From a virus (lineage: Duplodnaviria > Caudoviricetes): a DNA stretch of 64,000 nt. Below, piece after piece: positions 27,815 to 34,525 of this stretch. The notes beneath the pieces were generated by a model. It was not told the origin of the DNA and ran no database searches. It saw only the letters and a program-made list of their open reading frames with translations. Position 1 is the stretch's first letter, and each line of letters opens with the position of its first letter. Both the position numbers and the translations under genes were made by a program. The DNA lies in IMG/VR virus record IMGVR_UViG_3300012016_000699, positions 1 through 64,000 of that record; one strand, given 5' to 3'.

Positions 27815-28529
27815 TGATCTCCCTTATTAGTTCCATGAGCATGTCGAACGACCGGTCTGCCATGTCCTTCCAGAACCCGTCGTACTTCTTGGTGTGCTGT
27901 GCATCCCCGACAACGTCGCTGATGACGCGTACCGGCAGGAACGGCACACCATAGCGGCAGCATACCTGTGCGATGGCGCCGGACTCCATGTCGACTGCCT
28001 TGGCACGTCCGCAGGCACGCTTTGCTTTCATCCTGTCGGCCATTGTCTCCATAAACCAGTCACCCGATACGATGGGGGCACGATGGATGCCGTAAAGGCG
28101 CTTCTTGCTGGTGTACTTCCGCAGGATCTTGTCGAACCCCTTGCCGCTTGCGTTGACACCGATGCACGGGAACCACTCAGGCTCTCCCTGCACCTGTCCG
28201 CGTGCGTTGTTGCCTCCGCACCAGACGTCACAGTACTTCACGCCGGAGCCGACGACGCAGTCACCGCTGGAAACCCTCTCGTCGAGCGATCCGGCCACTC
28301 CCGTGCTGATGACATAGTCCGGGGAGTACTCCGTGATGAGCGTATGGGTGGCGATGGCCGCATTGACCTTGCCAATGCCCGACCTGCAGATGAACACTTC
28401 GTCGTCGCCGAGCTTTCCCGTATATACCTGCAGGCCCGTGAACTTCACGGCCTCAGACTTCTCACTGACACGGCAGAGGATGAGCGCCAGCTCGATATCC
28501 ATCGCCACGATGATTCCTATCCTCTTCAT
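27801..28529 (-). CDS. mtnN: 5'-methylthioadenosine/S-adenosylhomocysteine nucleosidase (Pfs)
   Basis: IGIIVAMDIE, SGIGKVNAA, STGVAGS, VDMESGAIAQVC, RVISD. Confidence 0.93.
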   Translation of the reverse strand: MKRIGIIVAMDIELALILCRVSEKSEAVKFTGLQVYTGKLGDDEVFICRSGIGKVNAAIATHTLITEYSPDYVISTGVAGSLDERVSSGDCVVGSGVKYCDVWCGGNNARGQVQGEPEWFPCIGVNASGKGFDKILRKYTSKKRLYGIHRAPIVSGDWFMETMADRMKAKRACGRAKAVDMESGAIAQVCCRYGVPFLPVRVISDVVGDAQHTKKYDGFWKDMADRSFDMLMELIREINGTD

Positions 28530-28762
28530 TCCGGGAAAATCTCCTTCTCGTTGATGTTAAGAACCGTCATCTGCAGTCTCTTCTCCTTGGATAGCGTACA
28601 ACAGTACACCTTGCCCGTGAAAAGGAGCTTTAGCCTCTCCCACAAGGAGAGACGCCAGCATGTTACTACCTGCGGCACCAATTCGTCCACGTAAGCGGGG
28701 ATTGGGGCCTTTCCGACGATGGCAAGCGACTTGTTAGCTTGTTTGAACTCAATCTGCTTCAT
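28526..28762 (-). CDS. small phage hypothetical protein, first gene of the SAM operon
   Basis: 78-aa ORF, ATGA-coupled to mtnN (TCWRLSLWERLKLLFTGK). Confidence 0.65.
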   Translation of the reverse strand: MKQIEFKQANKSLAIVGKAPIPAYVDELVPQVVTCWRLSLWERLKLLFTGKVYCCTLSKEKRLQMTVLNINEKEIFPE

Positions 28763-28794
28763 TTATACTACAATTTTGGTTTTGGATTATTTAA

Positions 28795-28845
28795 CGTCTG
28801 CAAATATACGAAAATATTGCAAAAAGTCGTAAGTTTTACTATTTT
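28795..28845 (-). promoter_or_regulatory. Putative promoter for the mtnN-luxS-metK operon
   Basis: TATATTTG (TAnnTTTG) at 28801-28808 in an AT-rich gap. Confidence 0.6.
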
Positions 28846-28902
28846 TTAACCTCTCAGACGCTTTTTTCCGACTGAAAATGAGGAATTTCCGCCAAATTGT
28901 GG

Positions 28903-28935
28903 AAAAAAGGGGCAGAAGAGCCCGTCTCCCGCCCC
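28903..28935 (-). terminator. Intrinsic terminator after the endolysin
   Basis: GGGGCGGGAGA-loop-TCTTCTGCCCC followed by a T-run on minus strand. Confidence 0.75.
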
Positions 28936-28989
28936 AAAACCCAAAATCATAGCAAGAAAGGTCCTTAGACCTCTATTTCTATCGTCATT

Positions 28990-29109
28990 TCATATGCTTC
29001 TTACCAGGCAGAGCATGGCGGCGGCTGCTAACATCCCGAGAATGGAAAGCAGGCAGCCTGTCAGCCGGCTCTGCCTCCAGAGCGCTTCGTAGTACTCTTT
29101 GTCTGACAT
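28990..29109 (-). CDS. 39-aa single-TM peptide coupled to the endolysin stop
   Basis: MSDKEYYEALWRQSRLTGCLLSILGMLAAAAMLCLVRSI, read manually. Confidence 0.4.
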   Translation of the reverse strand: MSDKEYYEALWRQSRLTGCLLSILGMLAAAAMLCLVRSI

Positions 29110-29747
29110 CATGCGGTCGGTTTTATGCCGAACTCCTTCTTGAAGCGGCGCAGGAGGAACTTTCGGTTGGCCAGTCCGTTGGTGCCGCCGTTGATGCGCT
29201 TCGTCAGCCCGTCAGCGTCGTCGGCATCGGCCCATTTGTTACATCCGTTCTTCCACCAGAAGAAGAGAGCTGTCTTGACGCATCCTGGAGCCTTCGCAAC
29301 GAGGTCGGGGTTCTTCACGACGTCTCCGACGCAGAATTCCGAGTCTGAGTACTCCTTGTAGTTCGCCTTTCCTGTCAGGCCGATGAGTCCACGGCCACGG
29401 TAGCGCCATCCGTCTCCGGAAGCCTCCTGTCCGTTGCCCATGCGTCCGCCATAGACGCGGTTGGCGATCATCTCAGGCTTGCGTGCGTAGGCCTCTGCCT
29501 CGGCACGTGTCTTGAAGTACTTGGGGAACGTCTTCAGCAGTCCGTCTGCGGAATAGTTCAGGTTCTCCTCGGTGTAGCGGAGGTTCCCGCTCTCGTGGAA
29601 CACTTGCGAGAGGAAGTGCGCCACCCTCATGGGTGTGTTCACGCCAAACGGCTCGGCCCACTGGTTGAAGTAGGTGACGAAGTCGTTGATGCGCGGCTTG
29701 TATAGCTCGGGCACAGCCCGTAGCAGCTGAGCTTGTGTTATCACCAT
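29109..29747 (-). CDS. Endolysin, glycoside hydrolase family 19
   Basis: AHFLSQVFHESG...ENLNYS...IANRVYGGRMGN...YRGRGLIGLTG...INGGTNGL. Confidence 0.92.
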   Translation of the reverse strand: MVITQAQLLRAVPELYKPRINDFVTYFNQWAEPFGVNTPMRVAHFLSQVFHESGNLRYTEENLNYSADGLLKTFPKYFKTRAEAEAYARKPEMIANRVYGGRMGNGQEASGDGWRYRGRGLIGLTGKANYKEYSDSEFCVGDVVKNPDLVAKAPGCVKTALFFWWKNGCNKWADADDADGLTKRINGGTNGLANRKFLLRRFKKEFGIKPTA

Positions 29748-29751
29748 AATC

Positions 29752-30258
29752 TTAATAGTTTTCGTCGTCGATGTTTCCGGTCACGCCGGTACCCTCATCC
29801 TTCTTCTGTTCTTTCAGCAGGGCCTCCATCATCTTGTCGATGCCTCCGTACTCACGGATGAGCGCAAGGATGGCACGGCGGTACTCCTGCTGCTGCTTCT
29901 TCTCCTTGATGTTCGCAGGTTCCCAGATGCTCTTGATCTCCACAAATCCCACGTAGCCGAGTGCCACCAGCGTGAACCACGGTATCATGATGATGTCCCG
30001 CCCGTAGAAATGGTAGAGGAACATAAGCAGTGCGAGCTGAACGATGTCTATGAGCGACAGCGCGAAGGTCATGTTGAAGTACTGGGCGATCTTCTGTATC
30101 GTCCGCTTGTAGCCGTCGGAGAATAGCGGCTCGTTGCGTTTCCTTGCCTTGCGGATGCCTGCCTGCAGGTCACAGAAGATGAGGCCGAGGATGATGATGT
30201 AGCAGAGGAGCATCAGCCCTCCGTCGAACATCAGTGTTGTTAGTCTTTCTGTATACAT
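29752..30258 (-). CDS. Holin
   Basis: TM segments, DLQAGIRKA...KRTIQK, EIKSIWE; immediately upstream of the endolysin. Confidence 0.75.
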   Translation of the reverse strand: MYTERLTTLMFDGGLMLLCYIIILGLIFCDLQAGIRKARKRNEPLFSDGYKRTIQKIAQYFNMTFALSLIDIVQLALLMFLYHFYGRDIIMIPWFTLVALGYVGFVEIKSIWEPANIKEKKQQQEYRRAILALIREYGGIDKMMEALLKEQKKDEGTGVTGNIDDENY

Positions 30259-30259
30259 G

Positions 30260-30811
30260 TCATTTCGAAATTATCAGAAGGGTTAATAATGATGCCGCGA
30301 TGTTGAACCAGCAGACGAACTCTGCCAGGAACACGCCTTTTCTGCATACCCAGCACGACACTGAGTCGCTGGAGCCGGAGAAGACGAGCAGCACGGCGAT
30401 ATGTGACCAAACAAGCATGAACCAGGGGCATAGGACGCATACGCAGCATTGCGAGAAGACGCCGGCAGCGAGCGCCGACATGATGAACAACAGGTCCCTA
30501 TCCTTCCTCGCAAGTGGGAGTATGCCCGTCAGCACCATTGCCGTCGCGTAGACGTGCGCCGCCCCCTCCCACGCTTCCGGTATGAGTCCGAAGAGTGCGG
30601 GGGTCAGCGTGAACGTCGCGCCCCAGATCCACAGCGTGTACGGCAGCCTTCGCCATATCCTTGTATGAGAATAGGCAGCATCCGACACGGTGGCCGGAAG
30701 CTCCCCGTACTTCATCGTCCAGATGATGACGAATGACAAGACGATCATGAAAGACAGCATGACAAGTACACCCTGCCATGAGAGAACCGAAATTGAGGCT
30801 GATACCGTCAT
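30260..30811 (-). CDS. Multi-pass membrane protein (paralog of the neighbour)
   Basis: Hydrophobic; LPATVSD...GVFLAE. Confidence 0.7.
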   Translation of the reverse strand: MTVSASISVLSWQGVLVMLSFMIVLSFVIIWTMKYGELPATVSDAAYSHTRIWRRLPYTLWIWGATFTLTPALFGLIPEAWEGAAHVYATAMVLTGILPLARKDRDLLFIMSALAAGVFSQCCVCVLCPWFMLVWSHIAVLLVFSGSSDSVSCWVCRKGVFLAEFVCWFNIAASLLTLLIISK

Positions 30812-30824
30812 AACCGATACATAT

Positions 30825-31334
30825 TTATAGGTTGGTCAACTGTGCCATGACGAGCGACGCATAGCAGATTATCTCAGCAAAGAACACTCCCCTCCTCCAC
30901 ATCCACACGGGGATGCTCTGGTGCCACCACATACGGTCGGCCATCGGTATGACTGCCATCAGCACCCACAGCCAAAGCCAGCAGGGTGATATCAGCAGCG
31001 TGCACACCTGGCTCAGCACACCTCCGCAGATGGCGAAGATGTAGTGCGCGCGCCTGCCGTTCTTGTCGATCAGCGGCACGGCACCTGTCATACACAGCGC
31101 GGCGAGCATAGCGAAGGCGATGCCTTCCTGCCCCCTTGCCGACAGAGTATCGACTGCAGGGACAGCAGTGAGGAAGGACACTGCCCAGAGCCACACGCCC
31201 CATATCCAGCGACATGGTACGGACAGGTCGAAGACCATATCGGATATGCTCTCAGGTATCTTGCGTGTCTTCCAGATGACAGCCCCCGTGAAGAGGACTG
31301 TCATGATGATTGAAACGATCAGTGACGCTTTCAT
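30825..31334 (-). CDS. Multi-pass membrane protein (paralog of the neighbour)
   Basis: Hydrophobic; IPESISD...GVFFAE. Confidence 0.7.
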   Translation of the reverse strand: MKASLIVSIIMTVLFTGAVIWKTRKIPESISDMVFDLSVPCRWIWGVWLWAVSFLTAVPAVDTLSARGQEGIAFAMLAALCMTGAVPLIDKNGRRAHYIFAICGGVLSQVCTLLISPCWLWLWVLMAVIPMADRMWWHQSIPVWMWRRGVFFAEIICYASLVMAQLTNL

Positions 31335-31347
31335 GGCTCTATTATCT

Positions 31348-32022
31348 TTATGGCCACTCGCCGAGGGGACCGTTGACGTTTGGGATGGGGAACGCAGGAC
31401 ACCATTCAGTAATATCTCCTGTTACCGCATCGATGAAGATAGGGTCTCCGAAGCTGCCGATCACCCATTGTGCGTTGCAGTTACGCGGGCCTACAGGTAG
31501 TCTGAGCACCATGCCGTTAGACTTCTCAGGGATGACTCCGTTCCATTCTTTCAGTCGTTTCAGAACGTCCTCAACACCAAGCTTGATTTCGCAGTTGCTC
31601 AAGTCGCAGTCTTCTGTCCACACATCCTGAATCCTATTGGGGATAATCGTACCTTTCTTGATGTTTGTAGAAATGTACTGTACCCAAGGTCCATCTTCCC
31701 AGTAGAAGTACACGCTGGTAATGTCTGTGATGTGCAGGTCGTCGAGGTTGTCTGTCTTGATGAAGTCGTTGAACGACACCTGCAGGTTACGCCACTGGTA
31801 ATCGTGTCCCTTAACCAGGTTGAACATCGTCTGACGATGCAGGGCTACGATGTTCTTTGTGCCTGCGGTGAAGTCCTGCAGCACGCCGTCGTAGTCGGCG
31901 CTGTGCGCAGCCACCTCTTTAGGCTGTTTCTTATTCTCGGACTGACAGCCTGAACAGCCCGTAGCCATGATGCTGACTATCGCCAGCAAAAGGCCCATGA
32001 AAATAAACTTCTTCATATTCAC
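31348..32022 (-). CDS. Lipoprotein
   Basis: MKKFIFMGLLLAIVSIMATG-C lipobox; PepSY-like IFIDAVTGDI at the C-terminus. Confidence 0.7.
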   Translation of the reverse strand: MNMKKFIFMGLLLAIVSIMATGCSGCQSENKKQPKEVAAHSADYDGVLQDFTAGTKNIVALHRQTMFNLVKGHDYQWRNLQVSFNDFIKTDNLDDLHITDITSVYFYWEDGPWVQYISTNIKKGTIIPNRIQDVWTEDCDLSNCEIKLGVEDVLKRLKEWNGVIPEKSNGMVLRLPVGPRNCNAQWVIGSFGDPIFIDAVTGDITEWCPAFPIPNVNGPLGEWP

Positions 32023-32035
32023 CTCTTTTTTAAGG

Positions 32036-32527
32036 TTATTCGTTTACACCAAAGAGGGCGTTGTAGTCTACGTTGTCCTTCTCGGCCCAGCCCTCGTTCA
32101 GCGTCTGGTTGATGAAGGTGATAGCCGATGTGTAGAAATCGTCGAGTGAGCTAAAGCTCTTGAACGTGTGATACACAGGTTTGTGATTTTCGTCCTCGCC
32201 AAGCTTGAACTTCACTGGCAGATTGGCACCGTCCTTCTGCACTGCAAGGTCGTAGGCAGCCTTGAAATTGAACTGGCTTTCCTTTGACAGCCACACGGGT
32301 TTGCCGTTCCAGACGTAGCCAGTCAGGATCTTCTCGTCTGTCATTGAGTTGATATGTTCCTCGATGACATTCTTCAGTTCTTCCTTCGTGGGCTTGTGGT
32401 CGAACACATGACGGTAGTCAAAACCTTGACCGTCTTCTTCACCATAGCCGTAGATCAGGACGGCCTTGCCTGTTCCGTGGACGATCAGCTGGTCGTTGCG
32501 CACGGTTGCTCCAAATACTTTTTCCAT
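32036..32527 (-). CDS. Tail-associated protein (DUF4376-like)
   Basis: ILTGYVWNGKPVWLSKESQFNFKAAYDLA; position after the tail fibre/DGR. Confidence 0.55.
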   Translation of the reverse strand: MEKVFGATVRNDQLIVHGTGKAVLIYGYGEEDGQGFDYRHVFDHKPTKEELKNVIEEHINSMTDEKILTGYVWNGKPVWLSKESQFNFKAAYDLAVQKDGANLPVKFKLGEDENHKPVYHTFKSFSSLDDFYTSAITFINQTLNEGWAEKDNVDYNALFGVNE

Positions 32528-32529
32528 AA

Positions 32530-33996
32530 CTACTTCATATTATGTTTCTTAATCAGTTGTTCTATCTCTTCGTCTGACGGAGGCGTGAAGCCGAGGGCTA
32601 CAGCTGAGCATAGCTTGAAACAGGGATAGCGCCCGGAATAGTCTGCCGTGATCGACGAGAACAGCGGCAGCTGGTCATCTTCTCGCGCCTTGTCGAGCTT
32701 GGCCTTGTTGTCTGGTAGGCCCGTCCATACCTTGTACGGCTGGCCTTCGAACAGAATGCTCATGAGGTGTTTCGGCTTCGGCGGCTCAATGCCGACGGTG
32801 TTGCCTCCGTTCTCAAGAACCTCCCTGTCGTAGCGGTCCTGCTCCCTGCGAGGTATGACGTCCGGCTCAAAGTCGACGATGACAAATGGCTTGCCGATGA
32901 GCTTGTTCGCACCTAAGTCCGAACCCTTCAGTCTTCTCTTTCCGTTTGGATATGCGGCCTCCGCATGTACTTCTCCTATATCCGTCATAGATTTACCTGT
33001 TAATGTTCTGAATAAATGCTTGCAGTCTCCCCATTTCGCCATTCCCTTGAGGCTTCCTACCACCTCCTGCCTACGCTTGCGGCTCCTGACTTTTGCCAGC
33101 CTTCTCGCTGCCTTCTGCTTGGTGCGCTTGCGCAGCCTTGCCTTCCTGCCGTCGTAGACGAACCCGAGGAAGTCGATGCCCTCGCTCAAAGGCCTCACGA
33201 CCTCGTTGGGCTTGATCACTAGTCCGAGTCTGGCCACCTGCTCGTGCATGATATCACGCAGCATCCACAGCTTCCGCTTCGACCCTGCGAGGATCACGAT
33301 ATCGTCACAGTACCTGTAGTAGTACCTTACACCGAGGACATCCTTGAACCAGTGGTCGATGGCGCTCAGGATGATGTTGCCATAGCACTGCGACGAGCGC
33401 AGCCCGATTGACAGCCCCTTCGGCATCATCGTCACGAAGTTCTGCAGCATCGGCAGCAGGATTGGATCCTTGACATAGTGCAGGACCACCTCCCACATCA
33501 GCTGCTGGTCTATCGACTCGAAGAACTTGCGGATGTCGCACTTGTAGAAATACCTTGTGCCTTCGCGGTCGTTCTCGATATCATGGCGCATCTTCTCAAA
33601 CAGGTGGTGCATACCCCTTCCGGGGATGCTCGCTGCAGAGGTTCTGATGACGGTCGGATAGACCTTGTCCTCCACGATGCGCATGATGGCGTTGCAGCCG
33701 ATACGGTCCTCGACGCACGGGCTTTGTACGATTCTGTCCTTCGGCCCGTCGGTGACCTCCATTTCAGTATATTTGATGACTCTGAACGTGCCCGAGGATA
33801 TCCTTCTGGTAAGGCGTTCGATGATCTTCTTACGCCTCTTCCTGTAGTAGGTCTTCCTGCCTGGCAGCTCTATTGTCGTTCCGTCTGGAAGACGCTTCTT
33901 CCTATCATGCAGTTGGTCAACCACCTCGTCGAACGCCCGGTCCATGTTGTCCGGATCGACGATCAGCGGTATCAGATTTCCGAATCTCGTTGGCAT
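32530..33996 (-). CDS. DGR reverse transcriptase with C-terminal extension
   Basis: KCDIRKFF, GLSIGLRSSQ, YRYCDD, GIDFLG; adjacent to TR/VR. Confidence 0.95.
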   Translation of the reverse strand: MPTRFGNLIPLIVDPDNMDRAFDEVVDQLHDRKKRLPDGTTIELPGRKTYYRKRRKKIIERLTRRISSGTFRVIKYTEMEVTDGPKDRIVQSPCVEDRIGCNAIMRIVEDKVYPTVIRTSAASIPGRGMHHLFEKMRHDIENDREGTRYFYKCDIRKFFESIDQQLMWEVVLHYVKDPILLPMLQNFVTMMPKGLSIGLRSSQCYGNIILSAIDHWFKDVLGVRYYYRYCDDIVILAGSKRKLWMLRDIMHEQVARLGLVIKPNEVVRPLSEGIDFLGFVYDGRKARLRKRTKQKAARRLAKVRSRKRRQEVVGSLKGMAKWGDCKHLFRTLTGKSMTDIGEVHAEAAYPNGKRRLKGSDLGANKLIGKPFVIVDFEPDVIPRREQDRYDREVLENGGNTVGIEPPKPKHLMSILFEGQPYKVWTGLPDNKAKLDKAREDDQLPLFSSITADYSGRYPCFKLCSAVALGFTPPSDEEIEQLIKKHNMK

Positions 33997-34093
33997 GTAT
34001 GTATGAAGTTCTTCGTTTTCGCAGCCATAGCATTTTCGGCCTGCCTTCGCAGTCTACTCACCCATGATCGGCCACGACCTGAGATGTTCCGGC

Positions 34094-34132
34094 TTTCCAA
34101 TACTTTCCAGTAGTTTTCCAATACTTTCCAGT
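34094..34132. repeat. 18-bp direct repeat with 21-bp period in the DGR spacer
   Basis: tttccaatactttccagt at 34094 and 34115. Confidence 0.8.
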
Positions 34133-34286
34133 TCTTTAAGCACTGGAATGGAATTATTGCTGTTGCCGAGGCTCCGATTCCTCGCCGACTGCCATCATCC
34201 TTCCCGAGGATGTACGCCGTAGCGACGATTGGCTCCGGGACGATGCAAGCACGTTGCAGTCCCGTGAAGCAGATTCTTTCCGATTT

Positions 34287-34402
34287 AGCAGAGACGCGCG
34301 CCGTTGTTCGTGTTCGAGTTCGTCGAAGCGTTATTCGTGTTCGAGTAAGCGACACCCGCGTTCGCGTTCGCGTTGTTGTTCGAACGGCCCAACACACGGC
34401 CT
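34287..34402 (-). repeat. DGR template repeat (TR)
   Basis: AAC-rich; reads GRVLGRSNNNANANAGVAYSNTNNASTNSNTNNGARLC. Confidence 0.95.
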
Positions 34403-34459
34403 CGTGGAATCTTCCGCCTTTTGTGTTCATACCTTTTTTCCTTTGACTCGATGGGAAGC

Positions 34460-34472
34460 GGGCCTGCGGCCC
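34460..34472 (-). other. GC-rich mini-hairpin downstream of VR (candidate DGR target-recognition hairpin)
   Basis: GGGCC-GCA-GGCCC on minus strand between the target stop and TR. Confidence 0.4.
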
Positions 34473-34525
34473 TACGAACGCGCTCTCCGCACGACGTCCG
34501 GCCACAGTCCCACTGCATTTCCTAT

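Noticed and set aside
25397-28762. metK/luxS/mtnN as host chromosome marking a prophage boundary
   Set aside because: Phage genes and phage-specific promoter repeats continue on both sides, and the operon is translationally coupled to a phage-like ORF
28763-28990. SAM riboswitch upstream of the metK operon
   Set aside because: No SAM-I/II/SAH consensus recognised; the region is explained by a terminator plus promoter. An Rfam scan would be decisive
32530-33996. RT as a group II intron or retron
   Set aside because: It has the DGR-type GLSIG...SQ signature and an adjacent TR/VR pair with A-specific mismatches; no intron domain V or maturase/endonuclease was recognised
33972-34518. 177-aa and 77-aa ORFs over the TR as a possible avd/accessory gene
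   Set aside because: They are read-throughs of the AAC-rich TR (RT-repeat or Asn-rich translations) with no Avd-like helical character
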